Assembly: GCA_038087875.1 (NCBI GenBank)
Contig: CM075989.1
Location: forward strand, 16,432,001-16,496,000
Length of the DNA: 64,000 nucleotides
Direction of reading: 5' to 3'
From: Malacoraja senta
Taxonomy: Eukaryota
The stretch's first letter is position 1; each line of letters starts with the position of its first letter. The notes beneath the pieces were generated by a model. The model made no database searches. It saw nothing but the letters and a program-made list of their open reading frames with translations, and was not told the DNA's origin. The translations under genes were made by a program, and so were the position numbers. Below, piece by piece: positions 1 to 14,650 of this stretch.

Positions 1-695
1 CCACTTGCAGGAGACCCACAACCAGAGAATATAAAAACAAGCTTAAATCTCCACTCTTGAAGTTGGGATAGAAAAATATAGGGTGACTGCCCCATGCAGA
101 ATAGAATGAGCACAGAATTTTCAGGAGTAATGTTAAGCCAAAGCCACATTTCCTTTTCTGGATTGACATAAAGGATCCCATAATACTATTTCACAGATGA
201 ATCAGGTAGTCATGAATGAGCCAATATTCATTACTCAGACAACGCCACCAGATTAGCTGGACATGATTACATTGGTGTTTGTGCAACATGCTGTGTGCAG
301 TTGGACTGTTGTCTTTCCCATATTAAAACAGTGACCACCACAAACATTGTTCGAGACTGCTTTGGGATATGAATGCACAATACAAATGCAAGCCTTTCTT
401 TAAGATAAGGCAGTAATAAATCCACTAGAGAATTCAGAGAAACATCTTTAGCCAGAGAGTGGTGAGAACGCACCTTGGGGTGAAAGCAGAAATGCATTGA
501 AGGGGAAGCTGGATAAATTCATTACCATAGGGAGGTCAATGGACAGAATGTTCTGTTTCTGTGTTGTAAATATTACAGGTCACAGCAAGAACAGAGCCCA
601 GACCCGCCCCGGTCCTCAGGGTTAAGCTGTTCAATGTTTAACGAGTAAAAGAGATTTGGAACCATTCCCAAATAGAGTGGCTTTCTTTGCTTTAC

Positions 696-810
696 CTTCC
701 TCTCTCATCTGCACATATTTCTTTCTTGCAGCGTACTTCCTCCATGCCTTCTGAATGGCCCGGGCGTATGCATCAAACTTTCTTTCCCGCATCTCCTCGA
801 GTAAAAACAG
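696..810 (-). CDS. MYO1E: Myosin IE internal exon (end of motor domain + IQ motif), 115 bp
   Basis: cacag|CTG...GAAG|gtaaa. Encodes [38 protein letters not shown], with IQ motif [21 protein letters not shown] matches MYO1E rather than MYO1F. Phase matches the preceding exon. Confidence 0.95.
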
Positions 811-1477
811 CTGTGGAAGAGGAAGAAGATGAAGACTGAAAGATTTATTCAAATTTACCGCTTTATGTCAGGTGAGGAACAGGCAGCAGGATGAAAGGAG
901 GGATGACTGTGTTCCAGAACCTTCTCTCCAGGTTATTCTTGGTTTAACCATAATGACCTGGAATTGAGGCCCCACGAGTACAATGACCAGGACGAAAAAA
1001 TAGCCGCCCTGGATTCATGGTCCAAGCATGCACAATGACGGTGTTTGGGAGGCTTGTGTGCACACAAGATGACTTTGTGCGGTATGAGCACCTGTGTCGC
1101 ATGTACATCTGGCTGCACATCGGTTGATAAAAGCAATGCTTGGTGAATCTGTTCACGAGTATCAGAAGATATCCAACCATTTTAAAAAAGGTGCCGCAGA
1201 GGGGCACCTCTCATATACATGGTGAACACTTTTCTCAACCCTCTTACCTCCCCTCTTGAAGGCACTGACATGCTACAGGATGGATGCTAATAACTGGCAA
1301 TCTGACTGAATAATCATTTTCTCTGCGTTAATTTTGTCAGTAAGAGTCTATGATTCTAACTCTCAGCAAGGCCAGCAGCATAATCAAGGACGAGTCGCAC
1401 CCTGGCCACTCCCTCTTCTCCCCTCGCCCATCAGGCAAAAGGTATAGAAGTATGGAAACACACACCACATGATTCAG

Positions 1478-1678
1478 GTAGACAAAAATGCTGGAGGAAC
1501 TCAGCGGGTGAGGCAGCATCTATGGAGCGAAGGAAATAGGCAACGTTTTGGGTCGAAACCCTTCTTCAGACCCGAAACGTTGCCTTTTTCCTTCGCGCCA
1601 TATATGTTGCCTCACCCGCTGAGTTTCTCCAGCATTTTTGTCTACCTTCAATTTTCCAGCATCTGCAGTTCCTTCTTA
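1478..1678. mobile_element. Fold-back Penelope-derived short element inserted into a Rex1/Babar fragment
   Basis: Antisense half followed by sense half. TSD accacatgattcag at 1464-1477 and 1679-1692. Confidence 0.85.
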
Positions 1679-4600
1679 ACCACATGATTCAGAGACAGTT
1701 TCTACCCAGCTGTTATCAGGCAACTGAATTATCCTACCACAACAAGAGAGCAGTGCTGAACTACTAAGTTTAGTGACACCCGGACTATCTTTGATCGGAC
1801 TAAACGTTATTCCGGGGTGTATCGCCCGGGGGGTATCGCCTCAGCGCAGAGGGAGAAGAGGAGGGAAGAGACTGCACTCCTAAGACTTTTGCCTCCATCA
1901 CAGTGAGGAGATGCTGGGTGGACTCACTGTGGTGGATGTTAATATGTGTTTATTGTTGTTTTTATTGTATTATATGTATGACTGTTGCAATTTCGTTCAG
2001 ACTTCGGTCTGAATGACAATAAAGGCATATCTATCTATCTATCTATCTATGTGCCTATACACTGCAAATGGTTCAATTGTAATCACGTATTGTCTTTCTG
2101 CTGACTGGATAGCACGCAACAAAAGCTTTGCACTGTACCTCGGTACACGTGACAATAAACTAAACTGAACTGTGCAAGAGAGATGCAACGTAGCTGAGCC
2201 AATGTCCTCCTCATCCAGGCCAACAATCAGGAATGTATCACCTGGTGACTATTCGCCTCCCCAAACCCAGGCAGTTGAAACTACTTGCCGTCATCATTGT
2301 CAACACTGAACAATAAACATTAGAGAGTTGTGAGATACCGCACGGAAACAGGCCCATTGGCCCACCGAGTCCACGCCGACCATTGATCATCCCTACACTA
2401 GTTCACTCTTATCACCCTTTCGCGTTCTACATACTAGGGGCAATTTACAGAAGCCAATTAACCTACAAACTTGCACATCTTCCGAATCGGGGTAGGAAAC
2501 AGGATCACCCAGAGAAAACCCACACGGTCACGGGGAGAACGCACAAACTCTGCACAGACAACACCCATAGTCAGGATCAAACCTGGGTCTCTGATGCTGT
2601 GAGGCAGCTGCTCTAGCACTAAGCCAGAATACCGCCCTTATCTGCAGCACAGTCATTAAATTATACAACTCTAGGTAACCTCTACAAAACACACCCCCTC
2701 CCCTTTCTCACCCTCTTCCCTGTTTTTCCTCCTCCCCTCACCTACACCCTGGCTGACCTTGCACCTATCTCTTCCCTCCCCACCCCCAACGTTCCTCAAC
2801 CAAACAATTTGCGTCTCACCAATCCTCTAGCTTCACAATTCTCAACTCTCTGAAGGTTTTGTCTCACTCCTTGTGTGGATTCATCTCTGGCTTGTGTCCA
2901 ACCACCTGCCTATCAAAGACCCCCTTGCCTGTGTTCACCTGCTACCTGCCATACATTGTCCTACCCTTCCACTCTTCTAGCTTCCCTGCAATCAGTCTGA
3001 AGAAGAGTCCCAACCCGAACCGACACCCATCCATGTTCACCAAGGATATCTCCTGACCCGCTGAGTTACTCCAGCATTTTGCGTCTATCCATGCCACCAT
3101 CAATCTCCCTGGGCCAGTTCAGCACTGATAAATTTGATGCTAGGATCTTCCGACACTATCTAACTCAGTCTCACAAGGGGAATGCTTTTAAAATCCGAAG
3201 CTCAAAATAAAAGTCGGCAAATAAGATGATGTGCACTGATTTGCTCTTTGATGTGCAAAGATAGATTAGCAGCTTCAAACAAGACTTGCATTTTATGGAA
3301 AAGCTACAGGATGTGCTTGGGAAGTTTCCCGAGTGCTGGCAATGTGGACTCTAGTGTTGGATTACATGCCAAGAGGCCGGTTTACAGTAATCAGCCCAGA
3401 CAATTTTGGTCGGCTGCCCAGCCTCACTTTGCCACACAGTTTGCCTTGAGCTTTCAGTGCCGTTGTATGAACAGACCCTGCTGGCATTTCTCAGAAGCTC
3501 GTCATTTCCTCTGTCAACTTACAACCAGCTTCAGTTCTGTTTCAAAGAGACTAAACATACTGTCTGATTTTTAGCACTCTTTTGGGTTAAAAACAAAATC
3601 GCAAGATATCCTCTGTGACTAATTGGGGGGCGAAATGCACAGCAGTAAATAGGCTGGCCTGGGAACAGAGACTAGCAGGTTGAAAGTTAAAGACTTGTAG
3701 CATCACACAGCACGGAAACTGGCCCTTCAGCCCTACTCGACCATACGCATCTTCAGATACATGTTAAACACTTTTCCCAGCCCCATCTTGAAAACACTAA
3801 CTTATGCTAGAGTATGGATGCTGTTACACTTCATCTCCATGAATCGTTGCATGAATAATTTATCCCTCAGAATCCTTTGAGGGATAAGATATACAACCAC
3901 AGGTCTCAAACAATATTAGAGAGGTTTTCTTCTTTTCAGGTGAAACTTAAAGTTAACCCATTTGTTCTGTCTACATCATCCATTTTCTCCTGTATATTTA
4001 CACACACACACGCAATACTGGCCTAAACCTGATAACTTTCAACTCTGGGACTCAATTTTAGTGAAGGTGCATGAAATTAAACAAATAGAATAACTCGGAC
4101 ACAAACTACCTTTCACATCACTGAGAATAGGCAGTAAAAACTGGCAGGGAAAAAACAATTGGTCAGATAAGCTTCAACTTTTGGTTTGAGTCGAGACCCC
4201 ATCACTCAATGTATCAGGTGCTAATGAGCAAGGCTGAATTCAGTTCTTTAGTATCTGGGTGAAAGTGGTAATTTGTCATTTCTCCCAAGTCAACCAAGTA
4301 TGTGTATGGGAAATGATGCTGTCAAAGCAGGTAAATCGTATTGCACGAAGTTTGGCTTTCATTTGATAATAGAAAGGGGACATTCTGGAGTTTTATAAGA
4401 TTTGTGAATCTGGGAGAATTTAGTTAGTCCACATTAAACCTGGTAGAGGTCCATCATCAAGTACATTTTCAGCAGAGGTTGTTAGCGGTCATGGACTTAG
4501 AATAGTCTGAAGACGCAGAAAGTCCCTCCAAAAATGATTGAGATATGTAGAATGAAATAACACACACATTTTGCAGACCGAGCCAACTTCAGAATAGGGT

Positions 4601-6425
4601 AGATGCACGAGACTGCAGATGCTGGACATGAGCAAAACACAAAGTGCTGAAGGAACTCAGCTGGTCAGGTAGCATCTGGGGAGGGAATGGACAGACGACA
4701 TTTCGGGTTGGGACCATTCTTCAGCAAAATACGGTTAGATGCTAGACAACGTGTAACATAGCAGAATATTGTGGAATGCTGAGCATCAGCAAAAGAATTG
4801 TTGTTTCAGGTCCACAACCTTCCCTCAGACAGGGTCTGAGACGGGTCATTCACCCGACACTCTGGGCCAGACCTGGTTGACACACCCGTGCCTCTAAGTC
4901 CCTGCCTGTGGGATCGCTGTGGTCACACTTCCACAACTCACGGCTCCCCATATCATGGCGGCATCGTTACCACAGCCCGTACAGAACGGCGGGTCTGAGA
5001 GAGGCTTCCTGCTCTCAGCAGCGCCCCCCGATGGCCGGCTGACAGCTTGTGCCGTCGACCGCCTTTTAGTTTAGTTCAGTTTATTATTGTCATGTGTACC
5101 GAGTCACAGTGAAAAGCTATTGTTTACGTGCTATCCAGTCAAAGAAAAGACTATACATGAATACAATCAAGTTGTCCACATTGGACAGATAAAGGATAAA
5201 TGGTACAACTTCTAGTGTATGATAAAGTCCAATTAAACATAGCTCAAAGGTCTACAATGAATTTAAATGTATCTGATGATCAGAGAGAGATAAATATGTT
5301 TGAAATACATTTTAGGAATTTAAATCACATTAAAAATAATCAATTAATTCAAGGGCAGTCATTTATGTCGATTAACTTAAGCCATTAATGATAATTAAAA
5401 TAAAGAAATACATGGCTTAATTTCAATTACTTTTCCATCAGGGTTAAAGAATTGGGTCAACATTAATGCATCGCCTGTGGTTCATAAAATGAACGCAGGT
5501 ATATTCTGTGCCGCAGTGCAGAGGGATAGAAAGGAGGAACGTCCTGACCTGTCTTTGGTGTAATCCACCCCGATAACTGGATCTGTTCTCGCAGCAGCTG
5601 ACTGACCCACTAAGCATTTCCACCATCTTCTATTTTATTTCAATCTGAACTATAAGATAACCATCATCCGAGGTCACTTGAATATCTAATCTTCCAAACT
5701 CGTCTTTTGGGACATAAAGAATGTGGAGTTTAGGGGTTGTAGTGTCACCTACACAATGGGATGGTTCCCTGGACATTCTTTTCCAGGACAAAGTGAAAAT
5801 AAGACTTCACTGTAACAGGGTGATGTTTTACCTTTGGCCATTTCAGCAACCTTGGTTCAGAGTCTAGGGCCAAGAGAAAACTTAGGCAAACTTGGCTGTT
5901 GCAAAACTCTACTTTGCCCACTTCAGTTACCCTGAAGATAAAGTCCACCCACATTCAGGACAAAGAAGCTGGTCAGTCCATCGAGGCCGAATTCCATTTT
6001 CCCCCAAGCCAGAAAAATGAAAGTGTTTTTTAAAGAATTTCTGTGAATAAACTTCTGCCGATTTGATGCTTTCATTTCAGAAAGTTGTCCCTAAAGTCCC
6101 GTTGTCTATCTGTGTTATGATATAATTTATTCCATTTAAAGGGTGAAAAGATAATAAGCAAGGAATAATCTAGTTTACCGGATACCACGTGAAAGAGAAA
6201 GGAGAACCAGTGAATTGACAACATTAAAGTCACCTCATGCACAGCGAGAGAGACAACAACTCTAAAGAGAACACATTTGGCCAGCAGAAAAAAATATTTT
6301 GAAAAATGTATTGACTTCCAACCCACAATTATAACATGGGTGGAGCAGACCTTTCAAGTAAATTCCTTCTGCATAGCAATCATATCAGTGCCCTGAGACA
6401 ATGGAGAGAGAACTGGTCCACGTAC

Positions 6426-6570
6426 CGATTCAGGAGCTTTAACAAAGACTTTGCTTTTCCCCATCTGGTATTGATCTGGGTCCATGTTGACAGATCGGAG
6501 GAGATAGACCACTCCTTGTTTCTCATCTCCTCTCCAGGAAGGCCACGTCTCTTTAGTCAGGATGGCATAC
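6426..6570 (-). CDS. MYO1E: Myosin IE internal exon (converter region), 145 bp
   Basis: ctgtag|G...TCG|gtacg. Encodes (R)[48 protein letters not shown] and joins both neighbouring exons in frame. Confidence 0.95.
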
Positions 6571-9500
6571 CTACAGTGATAAAGTGCATCAGCAACAGGC
6601 CATGGCTTTGTACAATTCCCCAATAAACTTTCATTTCATTTTTTTTTTTAAACAGTTTGCATTCAAGCTAAAATAAACAATCACATTTTTTAAAACATAA
6701 ACAATAAAGGGATAAATAGTATGAAAAATCAACAGCCTATAACCTTTTCTTTTGCGGTCAACATGGGAACTTTTTCTATTTACCCAAAAACTCAATTCAT
6801 CCTTGGACAGTGGATGGACATAAATAGCAAATGTTTATTAACCCTTTAGTGCCCTCACACATGGCAATGTTAACAACTACTTCAGTTTACCAATTTTTAT
6901 TGTAGCCAGGGGTAAATTTAGCACTAAATCATCATCTTCTAAATAAAATGACAGGGAACAAAAAGTGAGTTTATGCAATTAGGTAACTCATGCAGAAACC
7001 CAGGACCCAAAGAAAATCTCACTTTAATAATATCCCAGTTATGAGCGCTGTCGTAGTAAATGATCTGAATTAGTCAAACATGTTTCCACAAACAAACTCA
7101 CAACACATTCTTTCCATTCACTCCTTTGCTAAAGCTACGCCTCATTGTATTATATTCCTCAATTCTTTTCAGTCTCTCCATTCTTCACCGAGCATTAGGT
7201 CAAAACCTTTAGCCATGCCATAAACTCATACACAATGCCCTCATTCCATAAGCCAGCTCCCTTACACACCCAGCATTTTCACAAAAAAACAAATGTTCTT
7301 CATTCACAAGCTCAACAGCTCACACAACTACACTAGTAACGCCGCACTCTGCAGCTTCTCAGAGTATAACTAGACTGATATTGCCTGTGATTTAGATTTA
7401 TCATAAACTCAAAGTCATTACTATTTGAGTCAGTGGATGTAGGTATTATCGTAAAGAATATTGAGCCACATCCACATAGCACAGTCATTTTGGTTTCATC
7501 ATTAGAATCATTCCAGCAAATAAAACCAAAAGAATTTACCAGAAGAATTATTCACCATGAATAAAGCAAAATATTCAAGTAACAAGCTTGTCCAAAGACA
7601 GGCTGAGGTAAAAAAAAAAAAATTCTATTGTAATGTGGATTAACTGAGAACTTTAACGCTTGATTGTACAAAATGTAATCTGTGCATATATCGGTTTTTA
7701 CACCACTCTCCTGTTTTACAACCATTTTAGAGATTTGAAAACAACAAAGACTAGAAGCTGGAATCTTGAGCAAAAAAGAAGCCATTGGAGAAACTCAGCA
7801 GGTCAGGCAGCATCCGTGGAGGGAGGTGGAGAGACGTTCAGGTTGAGACCCTTTCCCAGTTTGATGGGAGTGGAGGGGAGATAGGGAGAGGAAAGATGTG
7901 AAGGGAAGGGGTTGGGCAAGAACTAGCAAGTGACAGGTGGAGCCAGGCAAGGAGGGGATGACTGTCAGATGAGTCAGGTTGGAGATCTTTAGTCAGAGGG
8001 TGGTGAATCTGTGGAATTCTTTGCCACAAAGGCTGTGGAGGCCAAGTCAATGGACATTTTTAAGGCAGAGATAGATTCTTGACTAATATGGGTGTCAGAG
8101 TTTATGGGGAGAAGGCAGGAGGATGGGGTTAGGAGGGAGAGATAGATCAGCCATGATTGAATGGTGGAGTAGCCTTGATGGGCCAAATGGCCTAATTTTG
8201 CTCCTATCACTTGTGACCTTGTGAGATAGTATTCAAGGCCGGAGGTGCTGAGTGGAGAAGGTGAAATGGTGCAAATGGTGAATCTGATAAGACAGGAAGG
8301 TGGGGAATAAAATAAAGAACCAGAGGAAGGGTGGGTGCATTGAAGGGAATAGGAAGGAGATAGAAAAACTGAGGGACCTGGGGTAGGGAGGGGGAGCCCC
8401 TCCTCGTTAGGCTACATGCTATTTCAGGTTCTGATAGTCAGAAATTTGCATCTTTTTGTTTACTTCTTCAAAATTCATTAGAACACCAGTTATAAATGAA
8501 TAAAACTAGGCATTTGATTAAACTGCATACAAGGAAAAGTGGCGTGTTAAATTAATTATCCTTGCTATGATACCTGAATAAAATACAGCACATAATCCAG
8601 ATAGGTAGAAATCTGGATCTAATACTTAATAAGCCAAATAATTTTCAATATTTTCTGATAAACATTGGTTGAGGCTCAAACTTAATAAAATGAAATTGTA
8701 ATTTATAAGGCATCAGTTTTATCATCTTCTACAGTTAGTTGAGAGAAGAGTATATTTAGATATGACATCAATATCACCAGCCTGTTAATAAAAAAAAAGA
8801 GCAATAAAAGCAAAGTTAATGGCAGAAGTCTTGTCTTCAGTTGCCTTTGATAACAAAATGGTATTTTGAGGGATTTTGCAAGAAATATAAGAACCACATG
8901 CCTATGTAATACTTATTTTTGATTAATCAGCCTTTGTAAACAAGCATGTATCAGCAGTCTTTGCTTATGTCTTAAGGCAAGCAGTTACATTTTAAAGATG
9001 TGCTTAAGAAAAGCAAAATGCATTAACAAAACACAATTTTCTGATGGCTGACTGCCATCTGAATTAAACAGCTTTGACAAACAACTGGAGCAAAATGGAA
9101 CCACTCTGTGAAAAAGCAGCAAATTGACATTACTGCTGTGGTTTCCACCCCAGTCAGAATGGCTGGGAGCAATTAACAATTACCGCAAGAAACCTGCAAA
9201 ACACTGCATGAAGTACATAGGCTCAATGCTTTAACAGTTAAATTTTTTTTTTTTTTTATCAAAGTTAATCTCATTTGAAGTCAAGAAAAATGATGACTAA
9301 CACAACATGAAAAATTCTAATTCACTCGAAAAATAGAACATAAATTTCACAATACATGGTTTCTCCTGAGATTAATATAAATGTACATGATCATACACAC
9401 AACTACAGAAATAAATCAATGATATTGGACTTCATGATAAGTAACCAAATACCAGAAGAACACAGTGTATTGGCTTAGGTGGAATGAATTAAAATCTACA

Positions 9501-10574
9501 GAGAATCTTAGTTTTCGTGCAATGAGGCTGCATTCTTAGAGGTGTCACGTTTTGCTTAGTTTTGGTTTAGTCTTAGAGATCAAGCACGGAAACAGGCCCT
9601 TCAGCCCACCGAGACTGTGCCTACCAGCAATCCCGGCACACTAATACTATCCAACACACACAAGGGATACTTTACATCTTTGGAGTGTGAGAGGAAACCG
9701 GAGCACCCGGAGAAAACCCACGCGGTCACAGGGAGAACGTACAAACTCCGTATAGACAGCACCCGTAATCACGGTCGAACCAAGGTCTCTGGTCTATAAG
9801 GCAGGAACTCCACCGTGGCGCCACAGTGCCACCCTATGCCACCTTGTCTTATTGTTAATTGAGACCCAGGTTTACTTGCAAAACTTGATAGCCATTTAAA
9901 AAAAACCAAGTGGCCTGGAGAAAAGAAGAAAAGCTCTGCAATGGATTGAAGGAACCTTCCATAAGCCTCAAGGAGTCTAATCAATCATTTTCAGATCAAA
10001 AGAATCAGATTCCATTCCAGATTTTCATTTAATGTAGATTAATTGAAGCATAATGACCCAAAACCAGAACCATTGTTAATTGAGTCCAGTTCTACTCACA
10101 AGTGAATGTAAAGAACGTAAAATGAATGGCTCTTTGCCCATTCTCCTCCCTCAATCAACAACAGAGATAGATTGCCGACCCATTCATTCACTTGCTGTTT
10201 TGGACTGGCCTCCAACAGTGAATGCAGTGGCCCGTTGTTATTAAAAATCATGCCAAGGGAGTGAAAGGTGCGAAAAAGGGATCTATTATTTCCTGACAAT
10301 AAGAAGTGGTGAGGTTGGCAGGGAGGGGAGGAATTGGCCTCAAGTGTGCTGCTCCCTTGTAGCAGTGTGGGTGCAGTGTGTGAAGAGGGGATATTGCCCG
10401 TGGCAGGACCAGCCCCCAGAGGAGCTCTAGAAGAGTCAAGAGTCAAGAGTGTTTTATTGTCATACGTCTCAGGTAGAACAATAAAATTCTCACTTACAGC
10501 AGCACAACAGAAAATGTAAAAATAGTACACTGTAAACAATATAATAAACGAGAAAAAAAAGTTCGGTGTGTACC

Positions 10575-10692
10575 ATATATATACACACATACTCACAAAT
10601 GCACACACATATATATATATATACACATACACACACATATATATATATATACACATATACACACATATATATATATATACACATATACATAT

Positions 10693-10725
<33 letters not shown>

Positions 10726-10745
10726 CACACACATTATATATATAA
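10575..10745. repeat. (TA)n/(CA)n compound microsatellite
   Basis: Direct reading. Confidence 0.95.
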
Positions 10746-11668
10746 TGATTTAGATGAAGGGAGTAAAAGTGACATTAGCAAATTTGCAGATGACACAAAG
10801 CTGGGTGGCAGTGTGAACCGTGAGGAGGATGCAGGGTGACTTGGAAAAGGTTGGGTGAGTGGGCAGATGCATGGCCGATGCAGTCTAATGTGGATAAAAG
10901 TGAGGTTAACCACTTTGGTGGCAAGTACAGTAAGGCAGATTATTATTGGAATGGTGTCAAGTTAGGAAAAGGGGAAGTACAACGAGATCTGGGTGTCCTT
11001 ATTCACCAGTCACTGAAAGTAAGCATGCAGGTACAGCAGGCAGTGAAGAAAGCTAATGGCATGTTGGCCTTCATAACAAGAGGAGTTGAGTATAGGAGCA
11101 AAGAGGTCGTTCTGCAGTTGTACAGGGCCCTAGTGAGACCACACCTGGAGTATTGTGTGCAGTTTTGGTCTCCAAATTTGAAGAAGGACATTCTTGCTAT
11201 TGAGGGAGTGCAGCGTAGGTTCACGAGGTTAATTCCCGGGATGGCTGGACAGTCATATGTTGAAAGAATGGAGTGACTGGGCTTGTATACACTGGAATTT
11301 AGAAGGATGAGAGGGGATCTTATTGAAGCACTAGAGGCAGGAAACATGTTCCTGATGTTGGGGGAGTCCAGAACCAGGGGCCACCGTTTAAGAATAAGTG
11401 GTAGGCCAATTAGAATGAGGAAAAACTTTTTCACCCAGAGAGTTGTGAATCTGTGGAATTCTCTCCCTCAGAAGGAAGTGGAGGCCAATTCTCTGGATGC
11501 TTTCAAGAGAGAGTTAGATAGAGCTCTTAAAGATAGCGGAGTCAAGGGATATGGGGAGAAGGCAGGAACGGGGTACTGATTGTGGATGATCAGCCATGAT
11601 TACAGTGGATGGCGGTGCTGGCTCGAAGGGCCGAATGGCCTACTCCTGCACCTATTGTCTATTGTCTA
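10746..11668 (+). mobile_element. CR1-clade LINE 3' fragment
   Basis: [39 protein letters not shown] and FFTQRVVNLWNSLP motifs; (ctattgt)n tail. Confidence 0.92.
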
Positions 11669-11861
11669 TACCCACACATATGCATGCATGCAGGAATAAT
11701 AATAACAATAATAGTCTATGTAGTTCAGAGCTAATTTGAGGTTGTAGTGTTTAGTAGCCAAAAGGCTGTTGGGAAGAATTAGAGAGAGAAGCGAGAAGGA
11801 GTTTAAAATAATGCAGGCAGGTAAGAAACAAGAAGTGAAATTAATTCTCATACACGGCTTA

Positions 11862-12041
<180 letters not shown>

Positions 12042-12484
12042 TCAAATGGAAATCAAATCTTCTATTGTTTGGTATTACTAATACTCTCTGGTTTACGAAA
12101 TAGGCTACTAATGTAAACTCGCACTTACGTAAACAGTTCTGTACTCAGTCCCTAGTGTAATCAAGGCAGTTTGTAACTTCCACAACACTGTATGATCACT
12201 CAAACATTTACATCAGAAACAAGCCAGCAATGGCGGTGGTGCTTACCCAGAAGGCCGCGCACAGCAGAAAGTGCCCTGGATGTAGCTAGGCGCCGCTGAG
12301 ACAGTTATTACTTTCAGCAAGTTATTTTGATAAGAGATGGGGATAGCGAATCGGACTTATGTAAATTCTGATTTAAGTAAGGGTTCACGGAACGCAACCC
12401 TTATGTAAGTCAGGGAGTGCCTGTTCCCCTTTTTTGAGGGAAAATCTAAGTTTAATACAACATCTAAACAAATTCTGCAGTTGT

Positions 12485-13390
12485 GTTATGGGACATCAAG
12501 GAGAAGTAAGAGAGTTAGGTGGGAGATTAAAAACAGGACCTCCAGATTTGCACTCAGGATTACCATCAGTGCCACGAGCTAGTGAGATAAGAAATAGAAA
12601 GATACTGCAATTCAATAGGTGGCAAAGGAGCTTGTACATGAGGGAATGCTTCAGATAAATGGATCAGGGAAGGTGCGACCTATACAAGAGGGAGAGGAGA
12701 GGAACCACTATCCTCGCAGGGAGGTCGCCAGTGCTACTTTAGTTCAGCTTAGAGATACACCGCGGAAAAAGGCCCTTCGGCCCAAAGAGTCTGCGCCAAC
12801 TAGCAATCCCCGCACACTAACAATAATCTACATACATTAGGGACAATTTAGAATTCTACCAAGCCAATTAACCTGCAAACCTGTACGTTTTTGGAGTGTG
12901 GGAGGAAACCGGAGATCACAGAGATGACACAGGTCACAGGGAAACGTACAAACTCCGTCCAGACAAGCACCCGTAGTCAGGATCGAACCCGGGTCTCTGG
13001 CACTGTATTAGGCAGCAGCTCTACCACTGTGCCACCTTGCTGCCCTGGACGGTTTAAACGGGAGTGCGGGGGGGGAACCAGAGCAGTGGGTCAGCAAGTG
13101 TAGGTACTGATGGACAGTAGAGGTTATGACAAGTAAGTCTGAGAGGAAGGACAGGCAGGGACAGGTTAATGAGCATGGTGAGACTGATGGGCTGAAGTGT
13201 GTTTATTTCAATACAAGGAATGTTTATGGGTAAAGCACATGAACTTCAAGCCTGGATCTGGACATAGAATTAAGATGTTGTGGCCATTACAGAGACTTAG
13301 TTGCGAGAGTGACAGGACTGGAAGCCCAATGCTCCACGGTTTTATTGTATCAGATGTGATGGCGAGGGTGGAGGAGTCACATTATGCATA
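12485..13390 (+). mobile_element. CR1 ORF1-end/ORF2-start fragment interrupted by a V-SINE
   Basis: ELGGRLK...SGLPSVPRASEIRNRKILQFNRW resembles a CR1 ORF1 esterase-like domain. Downstream degenerate endonuclease-start motifs (CLYFNxR, VVAITET-like). Confidence 0.65.
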
Positions 13391-13451
13391 AAGGTCATCA
13401 ATCATTGACTGTGTAGTTGGTTGCTTGGCTATCAATCCCCAGTTACCTGGG

Positions 13452-13539
13452 TAGACACAAAATGCTGGAGTAACTCAGCGGGTCAGGCAGCATCTCTGGA
13501 GAGAAGAAATGGGTGACGTTTTGGGTCGAGACCCTTCTA
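13452..13539 (-). mobile_element. Penelope-derived short element
   Basis: Family sequence. TSD cagttaccYggg at 13440-13451 and 13540-13551. Confidence 0.8.
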
Positions 13540-13705
13540 CAGTTACCCGGGGCAGGTCATGCAGTCAGGCAATGCAGAGAGACTATCTACACGGGCAGTT
13601 CTGCCCCTGGTGACTGCGGGAATCATTCTGCCACCACATGCCTCTGATCTCACCCACCTTTTCTCAGTCACTGCTGCCAGTTGCATTGACTGAAAATAGC
13701 AGACA

Positions 13706-13972
13706 ACAGAAACGTAGAAAAACAGAAAATAGGTGCAGGAGTAGCCCATTCGGCCCTTCGAGCCAGCACCGCCATTCAATATGATCATGGCTGATCATCC
13801 CCAATCAGTACCCCATTCCTGCTTTCTCCCCAAATCCCTTAATTCCGTTAGCCCTGAGAGCTAAATATAACTCTCTCTTGAAAACATCCAGTGAATTGGC
13901 CTCCACTGCCTTCTGTGGCAGAGAATTCCATGGATTCACAACTCTCTGGGTGAACAAGTTTTTCCTCATCTC
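13706..13972 (-). mobile_element. CR1 3' end cut by the gap; related tails at ~7983-8220(+), 15035-15270(+), 15710-15942(-), 28025-28200(-), 48520-49010(-), 61031-61220(-), 62065-62345(-), 62850-63165(+)
   Basis: Shared CR1 3' ORF2/3'UTR sequence, e.g. agaaaataggtgcaggagtaggccattcggccc on the plus strand for minus-oriented copies. Confidence 0.85.
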
Positions 13973-14172
13973 NNNNNNNNNNNNNNNNNNNNNNNNNNNN
14001 NNNNNNNNNNNNNNNNNNNNNNNNNNNNNNNNNNNNNNNNNNNNNNNNNNNNNNNNNNNNNNNNNNNNNNNNNNNNNNNNNNNNNNNNNNNNNNNNNNNN
14101 NNNNNNNNNNNNNNNNNNNNNNNNNNNNNNNNNNNNNNNNNNNNNNNNNNNNNNNNNNNNNNNNNNNNNNNN
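13973..14172. other. Assembly gap (200 N)
   Basis: Run of N between a truncated CR1 3' end and a truncated L1 3' end. Confidence 1.
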
Positions 14173-14650
14173 ACAGGAACTATTCGTCGGAACATGGTCT
14201 CCCTTTATTGACTATTTAAAGGGCCAGAATGGTTCAGCACGAGAACCTGACTAACACCCGTGCCAAGGAATAGATCAAATGTTATACTCTGAAATGTACG
14301 AATATATCTCGAATGAAGTTTTTTATTGTAGTAAATTATTCCATTCTTCTTTATTATCTCTTTCTTTCTTTATTTATTTATTTATTTATTTATTTTTAAA
14401 TTTTTTTTTTTTTTCTTCTCTTTTTTCTCTTTCTTTCCTTATTTCATCTATCTTTTTAGTTCTATTTAGTTTTTTAAAAAAAAGAAAAAAGTATTGGAGA
14501 CATTGTAATAATAATGGACGATATTAGTAATTTAAAAATGTAAGACTGGTATCGATTTTAATATGATATGTATCTACCTCCAATAAAAAATAATTTAAAA
14601 AAAAGAAATTAAAAAAAAAAAAAAATTTAAATTTAAAAAAAAAAAAAAAG
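14173..14650 (+). mobile_element. L1-clade LINE 3' end (ORF2 end, T-rich 3'UTR, poly-A)
   Basis: QELFVGTWSPFIDYLK matches the FxxxWxPFxxY end of fish-type L1 ORF2. AATAAA at ~14582 is followed by an A-rich tail. Confidence 0.7.

Noticed and set aside
10096..10753. Long ORFs rich in Y/I/C/V or H/T
   Set aside because: Translations of the (TA)n/(CA)n microsatellite.
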